Shown here: positions 24,787-38,500 of the stretch, one piece after another
Position numbering within the stretch: the first letter of the stretch is position 1
Layout of the letters: each line of letters begins with the position of its first letter
Assembly: GCF_009914755.1 (NCBI RefSeq)
Contig: NC_060929.1
Source of the DNA: the human T2T-CHM13v2.0 reference genome, Homo sapiens
Length of the DNA: 64,000 nucleotides
Direction: 5' to 3' (one strand)
Notes under the pieces: generated by a model
Seen by the model: only the letters and a program-made list of their open reading frames with translations
What the model was told of the DNA's origin: nothing
The model's database searches: none
Translations under genes and position numbers: made by a program

Positions 24787-26003
24787 TTCTTTTCTTTTTC
24801 CCTCCTCCTTCTCCTCCACTTCCTCCTTCTCCCCCACCTCCTTCTCCCCCACCTCCTTTTCCTCCTCCTCCATAAATTCATGGAGTACATGCGCAGGTTT
24901 GTTACATAAATATGTTGCATAATGGTGAGGTTTAGGCTTCTAGTGTGCCCTTCACCCAAACAGTGAAAAGTGTACCCAATAGGTAATTTTTCAACCCATA
25001 CCTCCATCCTCATTTTTGAAGTCCCCAGTGTCTATTATTTTCATCTATATGTTCATGATTACCCATTGTTTAGTTCCCACTTATAAGGAGAATATGTGGT
25101 ATTTGATTTCATGTTTCTGAGTTGTTTCATGTGGATAATAGCCTCCAGCTCCATCCATGTTGCTGTAAAAGACATTCCATTCTTCTTTTCTGGCTGCATA
25201 TATACCACATTTTCTTTGTCCAATCTTCTGTTGATGGACACTTGGGTTGATTTCATGATTTGGCTATTGTGAATAGTGCTGTGATAAACATAAAAGTGCA
25301 GGTATCTTTTTTATATAATTTATTTTCCTTTGATAGATGCCCAGTAGTGGGGCTGCTGGCTCAAATGGTAGTTGCATTTTTAGTTCTTTGAAATCTGCAT
25401 ACTGTTTTCCACAGAGACCGTACTAATTTACAGTCCCAAAATAACAGATTTTGGTGAGGATGTAGAGAAAAGTGTTCCCTTTTCTCTGCATCCTCACCAA
25501 AATCTGTTATTTTTGACTATTTAATAACAGCAATTCTTAATGGGGTAAGATGGCATTTCACTGTGCTTTTCTCTGATGACTAGTGATATTGAGAATTTTT
25601 TTGTATTTTTGTCATCGTATACCAGAATTAACTCAAGACAGATTAAATATTTAACTGTAAGACCTGAACTGATACAAAATCCTAGAAGGCAAACTAGGAA
25701 AAACTCTTCTAGATATTGACCTAGGCAAATAATTCATGATTAAGTCTTCAAAAGTGAATGCTATAAAACAAAAATAGACAAATGGGACTTAATTCAACTA
25801 AAAATGTTCTGCATAGCAAAAGAAATTATCAACAGAGTAAACAGACCACCTACAGAGTGGGAGAAAATATTTGCAAACATGCATCTGACAGAGGACTAAT
25901 ATCCCAAATCTACAACCAACTTAAACACCTCACCAAAATAAAAACAACCCCTTTAAAAAGTGGGTAAAGGATATGAACAGATGTTCCTCAGAACACATGC
26001 AAG
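24787..26003 (-). mobile_element. 5'-truncated L1PB-like element with 5' inversion (minus to about 25610, plus from about 25612 to 26003)
   Basis: CT-rich degenerate tail, 3' UTR and ORF2 C-terminus ('MSFTATWMELEAII') on minus, then the ORF2 segment that precedes it in L1 on plus. Confidence 0.88.
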
Positions 26004-27532
26004 TATATCTGCTATTTAACTTAAAAAAATAGTTACTGAAATAGTCTAAATGAATTATAAGAAAATCTATCATTTTTATACTGCTTTTTCAGTCAATAAA
26101 TACGGGTGTTCTCTTGAGTGTCAGGAGAGATTTTAGTTTCCCAACAACTGGATATTGATTTCAGATTCTCAATTGGATTATGTTGCAGGGATATTTTTGA
26201 TTATTTATTATCAGGCCTAGCTTTTGACAAACTACTAATATTATATGTCCAGAATAATGGCTCAGAGGTACAAACCACCATAGAATTGCTGTAAAAGGAG
26301 AAGGATCCCAAAGCCAATATTTGAATCAAGAAATTGATACTTAGGGAATGCAGATTATGTAAAACATTTTTTCCTACATTTTATTAATTTTTGTATTCCC
26401 AGCAAAGGGCACAGTGCCTGTCACATAGTAAACATGCAATAATGTGCTTTAAACTGAAGTAAATGGTTTGGAATACTTGTGTCCACAGAGGGATTATGGT
26501 CTCCATTTATATTTAATGAGCACGTACTATGTGCTAGGAAGCTGAGGATTTGGGTTCAAATTTGATTTAACCTTAAATGATTTATTTTTGAAGTCTCAGT
26601 TATCTCATTTCTTGAATGAAAATAATTCCCCTCCTACCTGAAATGGTTTTTGAGAGTTAAAAACTTCATTGACTATGAAAGTAATTAAGTTTAAATTATT
26701 ACAAATTATATTACTTTAATAAAACAAACATATTTTTCTTCATTCAGCAGCAATAATTTTTGTAACACTTGAATCAACAGTAGAACTCACAGTGTGTAGA
26801 TACCAGTACATCAGATTTATTCCCTAGACCTGAAGGCTCACTTTAATTTTAATGCTTGAATTTGCTAGTCAACCATGCTATAAATCCCTTAAGTAGTTAA
26901 TATTGTATTATTCACAATCTCTTATGCTTAGTTTAATATATGAAAGAGATTATTTTGAGTACTTTACTTTCTCACATAATTTATATATCCACAGCGGATG
27001 CCCTCATTGAATCTGAAAATTTCCTCATTAAAGCTTAATTATATTCTATAACATAGTTTATCTGAATTGTTTCTAAAATTTTTCAAGTCATTTTTCAGCT
27101 GCTGAATTTTTAATAGAATACAACTAAGCTTATTCTTGAACCAAAATGCATAATTTCAGTTATTTCATTTTCTTTTTGTTATATACATTCAGAATCCTCA
27201 ATTGTGTTTCATGCTTGTTTGGCCTAATTTTATCAATTGAGTTTTATATTAAGTATATTGGTCTCAGACACTATACTAAGAGGTACCATTAAATACTTTG
27301 TAGTTACTTAAATGATGAGAAAAATATGTATCTTCATATTGCCTTGAACATCTTTGTTTACTATGTTGTGCTTGTAACAAGGAATCAATATTGGTTTATT
27401 ATTGTTAAATTCCATAGTTGATTCAGATTTTTTGTATTTTTGATCTGTATACATATATTTTTGTATTCGAAAATCCTATCCAGGATACCAATAACATTTA
27501 ATCAACATGTTTCTTTAGGTTCTTCTTGGTTT

Positions 27533-27714
27533 AATTCTTCTCCTTCCTGCCACCATGTGAAGAAGGATGTGTTTACTTCCCCTTCTGCCATGATTGTAAG
27601 TTTTCTGAGGCCGCCACAGCAATGCAGAACTGTAAGTCAATTAAACCTCTTTCCTTTATAAATTACCCAGTTTTGGGTATTTCTTCATAGCAGCATGAGA
27701 ATGAACTAATAGAC
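27533..27714 (+). mobile_element. THE1 LTR, 3' half only
   Basis: 'ccaccatgtgaagaagg...gtcaattaaacctctttcctttataaattacccag...actaataga'. Confidence 0.88.
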
Positions 27715-27933
27715 ATGGTTTTTGACAAATCCACAATGGCATGTATTAATCATTATAGCATCATACAGAATAGTTTCATTGTCCTAAAAAATCAAATCCC
27801 TAAGCTTTATTTATTCATCCAACTTTCTTCTTTCACTTAGAATGCATTTATGTTTCTTTCATGCATTTTTGTTTCTTGCTAGCTCTTTTCTTTTTTTCTT
27901 ATAATAATATCTCATTTTATGACTGTATCACAA

Positions 27934-28154
27934 GTATCAATAGCAGAGTAGACTAAGCAGAAAGAATTTCCGAGCTTGAAGTCTATCTTTCTGAAATAAG
28001 GCAGGCAGACAAGAATAGAGAAAAATGAATGAAAAGGAATGAACAAAACCTCCAAGAAATATGGGACTATGTAAAAGTCAAAACGTATGTTTGATTGGGG
28101 TACCTGAAAGAGGTGAGAAGAATAGAACCAAGTTGAAAAACATACTTCGGGATA
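27934..28154 (+). mobile_element. Isolated L1PA-type ORF1 internal fragment
   Basis: 'aatgaacaaaacctccaagaaatatgggactatgt...gattggggtacctgaaag' (NEQNLQEIWDYV). No tail. Confidence 0.85.
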
Positions 28155-28245
28155 AAAGATTTTTCTAATGTATCATTGAATTTGGTTTGCTGGTATTTTG
28201 TTGAGGATTTTTCATCAATATTTATCAGAGATATTGGCCTGTAGT

Positions 28246-28250
<5 letters not shown>

Positions 28251-28304
<54 letters not shown>
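28251..28304. repeat. (GT)27 microsatellite
   Basis: Read directly; lies inside L1 ORF2. Confidence 0.97.
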
Positions 28305-28306
<2 letters not shown>

Positions 28307-29296
28307 TACGCCTTTGTCTGGTTTTGGCATCAGGATAATACCAGCCTTGTAGAATGAATTTGCAAGTATTCGTTCCTCCTTTATGTTTTGGTATAGTTTG
28401 GGTAGGATTGCTATTAGTTCTTCCCTAAATGTTTGGTAGAATTCAGTAGTGAATGTGTTGGGTTTGAGCTTTTCTTTACTGGGAAACTTTTTATTGTGGA
28501 TCCAATCTTGTTATTTGTTATTAGTCTGTTCAGGTTTTGGATTTCTTCATGGTTCAATCTTGGTATGTTTTGTATGTCTGTTAGAGTGCATCCATCTCCT
28601 CTAAATTTTCCAATTTATTGGCATATAATTTCTCATAGTAGCTACTAATGATCCTTTGAATTTCTGCAGTATCAGTTGTAATGTCTCTCTTATCATCTGT
28701 AATTTTATTTATTGGGGTCTTCCTTTTTTTTCTTCATTAGTCTGGCTAGAGGTTTGTCAATTTTTTTAATCTTTTGAAAAAAATAACTTTTTGTTTCATT
28801 AACATTTTGTATTGTTTTCTTCATTTCAAATTCACTTATTTTTGCCATGATCTGTATTATTTATTTCCTTCTACTAATTTTGGGCTCAGTTTGCTCTGCT
28901 TTTCTAGTTCTTCATGATGTATCATTAGGTTATATTTGAAGTTTTTCTTCTTTTTTGATGTAGGCACTTATGGCTATAAAATTCCATCTTAGTACTGCTT
29001 TCACTGTATCCCATAGGTTTTGGTATGTTGTTTTCATTATTATTTGTTTCAAGAAATTTTGCAATTTCCTTCTTAATTTCTTCATTGACCCACTGGTCAT
29101 TCAGGAGCATATTGTTTAATTTTCATGTATTTGTATTGTTTCCAAAATTCCTCTTGTTGATTTCCAGTTTTATTCCATTGCGGTTATGAATATGCTTGCT
29201 ATTTCAATTTTTAAGATGTTGTAAGACTTGTTTTGTTACCTAACCTATGGTCTATCCTTGAGAATGATCCAGGTGCTGAGGAAAAGAATGTATATA

Positions 29297-29579
29297 TTTT
29301 TTCTTTTTTTTTTTGAGACAGAGTCTTGCTCTGTCTCCCATGCTGGAGTGAGGTGGCACAATCTCAGCTAACTGCAAGCTCTGCCTCCTGGGTTCATGCA
29401 TTCTCCTGCCACAGCCTCCTGTGTAGCTGGGACTACAGGGGCCCGCCACCATGCCTGGCTAATTTTTTGTATTTTTAATAGAGACAGGGTTTCACTGTGC
29501 TAGCCAGGATGGTCTTGATCTCCTGAGCTCATGATCTGCCTGCCTGGTCCTCCCAAAGTGCTGGGATTACAGGCCCAGC
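29297..29579 (-). mobile_element. AluY-like element with a small deletion near its 5' end
   Basis: Y-type 'actgcaagctctgcctcc' and 'agccaggatggtcttgatctcc'. Imperfect TSD aagaatgta / aagaaggtgta. Confidence 0.93.
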
Positions 29580-29668
29580 AAGAAGGTGTATCCTTTAGAC
29601 TTTGGATGAAATGTTCTGTAAACATCTGTTAAATCTATTTGTTGTGTAGTGCAGATTAAATCTGATGT

Positions 29669-30036
29669 TGTATTAGTTCGTTCTCACACAGCTAACAAAG
29701 ACATAACAGAAACTGGGTAATTTATAAAGAAAACAGATTTAGTTGACTCAGTTCAGCATGGCTGAGGAGGCCTCAAGCAACTTACAGTTGTGGTGGAAGA
29801 GGAAGCAAGCATGTCCTCTTCACATGGCAACAGCAAGAAGTGCCAAGCAAAAGGGGAAAAATCCCCTTATAAAACTATAAGATCTTGTAAGAACTTACTC
29901 ACTATCATGAGAACAGCATGAAGGTAATCACCCCTATGATTCAATTACCTCCTACAAGACCCCTCCCACGACATGTGGGGATTATGGGAACTACAATTCA
30001 AGATGAGATTTGGGTGGGTACAACCAAACCATATCA
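29669..30036 (-). mobile_element. THE1D-like solo LTR
   Basis: tgtattag...ccaaaccatatca with perfect TSD gatgt (29664-29668 and 30037-30041). Confidence 0.95.
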
Positions 30037-30544
30037 GATGTTTCTTTGTTGAGTGTCTGGGAGATCTGTCCAATGTTGAAAACAAGGTGTTGAACTTTCC
30101 AGTTATTGTTTTGGGGTCTATCTTTCCCTTTACCTTTAAAAATGTTTGCTTTATATATCTAGATGCTCCAGTGTTAGCATATATATATTTACAATCATTA
30201 TGTCATGCTGCTGGAATGACCCCTTTGCATTATATAATGACCTTCTTTATTTATTCTTACGTTTTTTGTCTTGAAATCTATTTTGTCTGATATAAGCATA
30301 GCTACTTCTTCTCTTTTTTTGGTTTCCATTGGCAATGAATATCTTTTTCCATTCTTTCATTTTCAGTATACGTTTATGTTTGTAGGTGTAGTGTGTTTCT
30401 TATAGGCAACAGATCAATGGGTCCTGTTTTTTCATCCATTCAGACACTCTGCGTCTTTTGATTGGAACGTTTAGTCCATTTACATTCAATATTACTATTG
30501 ATAAGTAGGGACTTCTGCCATTTTGTTATTTGTTTTCTGGCCCG

Positions 30545-30612
30545 CCCTCTCTGCCTCCCTCCATCCCTCCCTTCCTTCCTTTCTTCCTTTCTTCCTTCCT
30601 TCCTTCCTTTTA
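30545..30612. repeat. (CCTT/CCCT)n simple repeat
   Basis: Read directly. Confidence 0.9.
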
Positions 30613-30965
30613 GTAAAGGTGATTTTCTCTGGTGGTATGATTTAGTTTTTGCTTTTTATTTTTTGTGTATCCATTGTACATTTTTCAATTTAAGGTTACT
30701 ATAAGGCACATAAATACTATCTTACAACCCATTATTTTAAACGGATGACAACACTGATTACATAAACAAACAAACACACAAAAAGAAACCTAATAAAAAC
30801 TCTACATTTTAACTTCATCCCCTTGCTTTTTAACTTTTTGCTGTTTCTCTTTTGGTTTATGGTACTACCTATGTATTGAAAAATTGTTGTAGTTATTATT
30901 TTGTATTGTTTCATCATTTAGCCTTTCTACTTAAGCATAGTTTATACACCATAATTACAACGTTA

Positions 30966-31377
<412 letters not shown>

Positions 31378-34300
31378 TCATATTGAATAACTCCCTTTGG
31401 CATTTCTTGTAGGACAGGTCTTGTGCTGATGAAATACCTAAGCGTTTGTCTCTCTAGAAAGGTCTTTACTTCTCTTTTATGTTTGAAGGATATTTTCACT
31501 GAACATACTACTCTAGGGAGAAGATTTTTCCTGCGGCACTTTAAATATGTCATGTCCATCTTTCCTGGCCTGTAAAGTTTCCACTGAAATTTTGCTACAA
31601 GACATATTGGAGCTCTATTGTATATTATTTGTTTCTTTTCTTTTGCTGCTTTTAGGATTCTTTCTTTACCCTTGACCTTTGGAAGTTTGATTATTAAATG
31701 CCTTGAGGGAGTCTTTTTTGGGTTAAATCTTCTTAGTGTTCTATAACCTTCTTGTACTTGAATGTTGGTGTCTTTCTTTAGGTTTGGGGAGTTCCCTGAT
31801 ATTATTCCTTTGAATAAACTTTCTACCCCTATCTCTTTCTCTGCCTTCTATTGAAGGCCAATAACTTTTAGATTTGCCCTTTTGAGAATATTTTCTAGAT
31901 CTTGTGTAATTACAAATAGTCTGTCTTCAAGCTCACCAATTCTTTCTTCTACTTGATCAATTATGCTGTTAAAAGACACTGATGCATTCCTCAGTATGTC
32001 AATTGCGTTTTTCAGCTGTAGGATTTTTTCATATTCTTTTAAATTATTTTAATCTCTTTGTTAAATTTATCTTACAGAATTATGAATTTCTTCTCTGTGT
32101 TATCTTGAATTTCTTGGAGTTTTCTCAAAACAGCTATTGTGAATTCTCTAACTGAAAGGTCACACATCTCTCTTTCTTCAGGATTGGTTCTTGGTGCCTT
32201 ATTTAGTTTGTTTGGTAAGGTCATATTTTCCTGGATGCTACTGATCTACAGATGTATTTTGGTGTCTGGGCATTGAAGAGTTAGGTATTTACTGTAGTCT
32301 TCACAGTCTGGTGTTATTTGTGCCCATTCTTGAGATGGCTTTTTTTCTAAGGAACTTGGGCTCCAAGCTCAATATTTCTGTGTTTTTTGCAGACTTGTAG
32401 AGATATAATCTAGGTGGTATTGCATAAGATCCAGAAGAATTCTCATTCTCTCTCTCTCATTTTCTCTCTCTCTTTCTCTCTCTCTCTCTTTCTCCCTCCT
32501 GAGCTGCCTGGAATGGGTGGGGCGGGGGGTGGTGGTGGTGATGCTAACACAAGTGTGGCCACTACCACTGTTTCTGCACTGAGTCAGACCTGAAGTCAGC
32601 ACAGCACTGGATCTTGTTCAAGGCCCACTGTAACCACCTCCTGTTACCACCTATGTTCACTCAAGGCCCTAGGGTTTTATAGTCGGCAAATGGCAAAGCC
32701 AGCCAAGTTCGTGTTCTTCCCTTCAGGCAGCAAGTTCTCCCAGACCCTGGGCAGGTTCAGAGATGCTGTCTGAGAGCCAGCGTTTACAGTCAAAAACCTT
32801 AGCAATTTGCCTAATGTTCTATTCTACCGTAGTTAAGCTGGCACTCAGTCCACAATATAAGCTTCTTTCCGCTCTTCTGTCTTCTTTTCACAGGCAGAGG
32901 AGTCTCTCTCTTGGTTACCTCCACCACCAGGTCATGGAGGGTACTGCCATGCCACCACCAACGTTCCTCTAAAGCCTAAGGGCTCTTCAGGCAGCTTGTG
33001 GTGAATGCTGCCAGACCTGGGACTCACTCTTCAAGGCAGTGGGCTCTGGGCGGGCCTAGAAATGCTGTCCAAGTGCCACAGCCTGAAATTGGTGACTCCA
33101 AGAGGCTGGTTGGTGCTCTGTTCCCCATTGTCGAGGGGGATAGAGGCAGGACAAAGTCCATTTTACTCTTCACCCTGCTTTTCTCAAGCAGAAGGAGTCT
33201 CTCGTTGTTGCCACTACAGCTGGGAATGTACTGTCTCACACCTGTAGTCAGCACATTTCAGAACACAAGGCCCACAGCATACTACCAGGATATCACTGCT
33301 GGTTATTTAGGGCCCAAGGGCTCTCTAACCAGCAGGTGATGCATCCTTCTAGTACTGGGTTTTTCCCTTCAAGACAATGGGATCTCTTTTGACCCAGTGT
33401 GTGTCTAGAAATGTTATCTAGGAGCTAGAGCCTGGAATGAGGGCCTCACTACTCTGCCCAGTGCCCTATCTTACTGTGGCTGAGCTTGTATCCAAGATGC
33501 AAAACAAAGTCCTCTTTACTCTTTGCTCTTATCTCCTTAAGCAGAAGGAAAGATACATTTTCATTGCTATGAGCTGTACTGCCTACGGTGGGGGGGACGA
33601 TGGCAGAAGCTCTCCTTTGGCCACTCTGTCTTGTATTTCCCTAGGTTACATGCCACCCTAGTCCTTTGGCTGTTAGCCCAGCCCAGCACTAACAGTTGCC
33701 TAGGAATTGTAGTCCTTGTGTCCTAGGCTGTCTTTCAAGTTTACCTAGGACCCTAGAGTGCATTGGCCTGTGGTGATGAGGGCTGCTGATACCCTGAGTT
33801 CAGACCAATGGGGTTGGCAATTTCCCTTTGGTTAGGTCTGGTCCAAATTCTCCCTCTGTTCACAGGCACTGGCTGAGCCAAGCATGGCTGTACTCTCTGC
33901 TATGATAGGGCAGCACTGAATTCAATGTAAAGTCCCCAGTCACTGCACTCTCCCTCCCCCAGATGCACAGACTCTGTGCTATAGGCCCAATCCAAGGGAT
34001 GGGAAAGAAGTAACATTAATGATCCAAGACTGTCTTTCCTATCCTCCTCAATGCCTCTTTTAATGATACGAAGTTAAAACCAGTTACTATCATTGCCTAC
34101 CTGATTTTTGGTTCTTGTGGTGGTGCTTTTCTGTGTGCAGATATTTGTTAAAATTTGATGTTCCTGCAAGGAGTACAAGTGGAGTAGGCTTCCATTCCTC
34201 CATCTTGCTCCAACCTTTCCAGTTTTTTGTAGACTTTTAAATATTTTCTACATAGAAAATTATGTCATCTGTGAACAAATATAGTTTTGTTTATTCCTTC

Positions 34301-35529
34301 CTAATATGTATGATTTGAATTGTCTTTTCTTGTATCATTTCAAATAGGAGTGGCAAAAGATGATATCCCTACCTTGTTTCTGATCTTATGGAGAAAACAC
34401 CTAGCTTATCATTATTTAGTATTATGTTAATGTAGGGTTTTTGCAGATGTTCTTTATCATGTTAAACAAGTTCCTGTGTATTCCTTCTTTGTTATAATGA
34501 ATAAGTATTGCAGACTGAAAATGCTTTGTAAAGATTTATTGATACGATCATATGATTTTTTCCTTTAGCCTGTTGATAACAGTGAGTTACATTAATTGAG
34601 TTTCAAATCTTGAGCCAGTCTTGTATACATGAAATAAACCTTACTTGGTTATAATATATGTAAGTTTTTAGACATTGTTGCATTTGATTTGTGGATTTTT
34701 TTAAGGATTTTTGCGTCTATGAGATATTCATGAGAGATATGGGTCTCTAATTGCCTTCCTTGAAATGTATTTGTCTTGGTTTAGTATTAGGGTAATGCCA
34801 GTGTTATTGAATAAATTAGAAAGTGTGCTATCTGCATCATTTTATAAAAGAGATTGTAGAGAATTGATATAATTTCTACATTAAACATTTGGTAGAATTC
34901 ACTGGAGAAACCATTTATGCCTAGTGTGGTCTTTTTTGAAAAGCTATTAATTATTATATAAAAATATTACCAATTATATGTATACATATATTTACAACCA
35001 TATATGAAAGGTTTTATGTAAATCATATACATATAAATTATACATAAATCATATATGCAAATTATATATAAAATTGTATAAATTAATATATATATACCTT
35101 TTTAGATTATCTTTTCTCTTTGTGTAAGTTTTAGTAATTTGTATATTTTAAGGCATAGGTCCATTTCACGGAAGTTATCAAATTTGTAGACATAAAGTTT
35201 TACATGACTTTTACTTATTATACTTTTAATGTCCTTGAGATGAGCAGTGATGGCCTATTTCTTATTTCTGATATTAGTAATTTGTGTCTTCTCTCCTTTT
35301 TCTTAAATAGCCTGGCTAGAGAACAATCAATTTTATTGGACTTTTTAAAAAAATACCTTTTGTTTTCTTGAGTTTTCTAGATTTTCTCTTTTTAATTTTA
35401 TTGGATTTTGTTCTAGTTTTTGTTACTTTTTATTATTTCTTTTATTTTGCTTGATTTAGACTCAGATTGCTCTTTTTTCTCTAGTTTCCTAAACTGGAGA
35501 GCTTAGATTACTGATTTTAGATTATTCAT

Positions 35530-38500
35530 TAACTTTTGTTTTAAATTCAGAGGTACATGTACAGGTTTGTTATATAGGTAAACTTGTGTCATGGGTGTAT
35601 GTTGTACAGATTATTTTGTGATCCAGGGTATTAAGCATAGTACCCATTAGTTATTTTTCCTGATTCTCTCCCTCCTTCTACCCTCCACCCTCCAGTAGGC
35701 CCAATGTCTGTTGTTGTCCTCTATGTGTCCTCCTCATTTAGCTTCCACTTTTAAGTGAGAACATGTGATATTTGTTTTTCTGTTCATGCATTAGTTTGCT
35801 AAAGGTAATGGCCTTTAGATCCAGCCATGTTCCAGCAAAGGACATGATCTTGTTCTTTTTGATGGCTGCATAGTATTCCATGGTATAAGTATACCACATT
35901 TTCTTTATCCGGTCTTCCACTGATGGGCATTTAGGTTGATTCTGTGTCTTTGCTATTTTGAATAATGCTGCAATGAAGACATGTGTATATGTGTCTTTAT
36001 AATAGAATGATTTATATTCCTTTAAGTATATACCCAATAGTAAAATTGCTGGGTCAAATGGTAGTTCTGCCTTTAGGTCTTTGAGGAATCACCACCCTGT
36101 TTTCCACAATGGCTGAACTAATTTACACTGCCACCAACAGTGTATAAGCATTCCCTTTTCTCCACAACCTTGTCAGCATCTGTTATTTTTAAACCTTTTA
36201 GTATTAGCCATTCTAACTGGCATGAGATGGTATCTCATTGTGGTTTTGATTTTCATTTCTCTAATAATCAGTGATGTTGAACTTTTTTTCATATACTTTT
36301 TGGCCACATGTATGTCTTCTTTTGAAAAGTGTCCCTTGTTGTCCTTTGCCTACTTTTCAGTGGGGTTGTTTTTTCTTGTAAATTTGTTTAAGTTCCTTAT
36401 AGATGCTGAATATTGGATCTTTGTCAGATGCCTAGTTTGCAAAAATGTTCTCCCATTCTGTAGGTTATCTGTTTACTCTGTTGATAGTTTCTTTGCCTTT
36501 GCAGAAGCTCTTTCCTTTAATTAGATGCCATTTTTCAATTTTTGCTTTTGTGGCAATTCCTTTTCCCAACTTTGTCATGCAGTCTTTGCCAATTCCTATG
36601 TCCAGAATGGTATTGCCTAGGTTGTCTTCCAGGGTTTTTATGATTTTGTATTTTACATTTAATTCTTTAATACATATTGAGTTAATTTTTTATACGATAT
36701 AAGGGAGGTGTCCATTTTCAATCTTCTGCCTGTGGCTAGCTGTTATCCCAGAACCATTTATTGAATAGGGAGTTCTTTCTGCATTGCTTGTTTTTGTCAG
36801 CTTTATCAAAGATCAGATGGTCATAGGTGTGCAGCCATATTTCCATGCTTTCTGTTCTGTTCCATTGTTCCATATGTCTGTTTCTGTGCCAGTATCATGC
36901 TGTTTTTGTTACTGTAGCCCTGTAGTATAGTTTGAAGTCCAGTTGTGTGATGCCTCCAGTTTTGTTCTTTTTGCTTAGGATTACCTTTACTCTTTGGGCT
37001 CTTTATTTTTCTTCCATATTAATTTTAAAAAAGTTTTTTTTCTAGTTCCATGAAGAATGTCATTGGTAGTTTAATAGGAATAGCATTGAATCTACAAATT
37101 GCTTAGGGTAGTATGGCCATTTCAACCTTATTGATTCTTCCTATCCATGAGCATGGAATGTTTTTCCATTTGTTTGTGTCATCTCTGATTTCTTTGAGCA
37201 GTAGTTTGTAATTCACCTTGTAGAGATCTTATACCTCCCTGTTTAGCTGTATTCCTAGGTATTTTATTATTTTTCTGGCAATCGTGAATGAGATTCCGTT
37301 CCGGATTCAGCTCCTGCTTGATGGTTGTTGGTGTATAGGAATGTTAGTGACTTTTTAATGCTGATTTTGTACCCTGAAACTGCTGAAGTTGTTTATCAGC
37401 TTAAGGAGCTTTTGGGTCGTGATATGCAGTTTTCTAGATATAGGATCATGTCATCTGCAAACAGGGATAGTTTGATTTCCTCTCCTCCTATTTGGATGGC
37501 CTTTATTTCTTTCTCTTGCCTAATTACTCTGGCCAGAACTTTCAATACTATATTGAAGTGACAGAGGGCATCCTTGTCGTGTGCCAGTTTTTAAGAGGAA
37601 TGCTTCTTGCTTTTGTCCATGCAGTATGATATTTGCTGTGGATTTGTTATAAATTGCTCTTATTATTTTGAGGTATGTTCTTTCAGTACCTACTTTATTG
37701 ATAGTTTTTTAACATGAAGTAGTGTTGAAGTTTACTGAAAGCCATTTCTGATTTGCATATTGATTTATATGCAAATCAATAAATGTAATTCATCACATAA
37801 GCAGAACTGAAGACAAAAACCACATGATTCTTTCCGTTCAGAAATTGAACCAGTCTTGCATCCCAGGGATAATGCCTACTTGATCATGGTGGATGAACTT
37901 TTTGATGTGCTTCTGGATTCAGTTTGCCAGTGTTCTACTGAGGATTTTTGCATTGATGTTTATCAAAGATATTGACCTGAAGTTTTCTTTTTTGTGTGTG
38001 TGTCTCTGCTAGGTTTTGGTATCAGGATGATTCTGGCCTAAAAGAATGAGTTAGGTGGAGATTCCTTCTCCTCAAGTTTTTGGATTAGTTTCAGTAGGAA
38101 TAGTACCAGCTTTTCTCTGAACATCTGGTAGAATTTGACTGTGACTCCATCTGGTCTTGGCCTTTTATTAGTTGGTAGAATATTTATTACTGATTCGATT
38201 TTGGTGCTTGTTATTGGTCTGTTCAGGGATTTAATTTCTTTCTGGCTTAGTCTTGAGAAGGTGTATGTGTCTAGTAATTTATCCATTTCTCCTAAATTTT
38301 CTAGTTTACATATGTAGAGGTGTACATAATATTCTCTGTTAGTTATTTGGGTCTTCCCTCTTGTCATTTTTATTTGTTTAGCTAGAAGTCTATCTATTTT
38401 ATTAAGTTAAAAAAAACCTCTTGGATTTGTTGATGTTTTGAGTGGTTTTACATGTCTCCTTCAGTTCAGCTCTGATTTTGGTTATTTCTTGCCTTCCACT

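Noticed and set aside
24780-25013. Arg-rich, protamine-like ORF
   Set aside because: Translation of the CT-rich degenerate L1 tail.
32514-32540. G-rich tract as a G-quadruplex regulatory element
   Set aside because: Only three runs of three or more G, inside an L1 5' UTR, with no further support.
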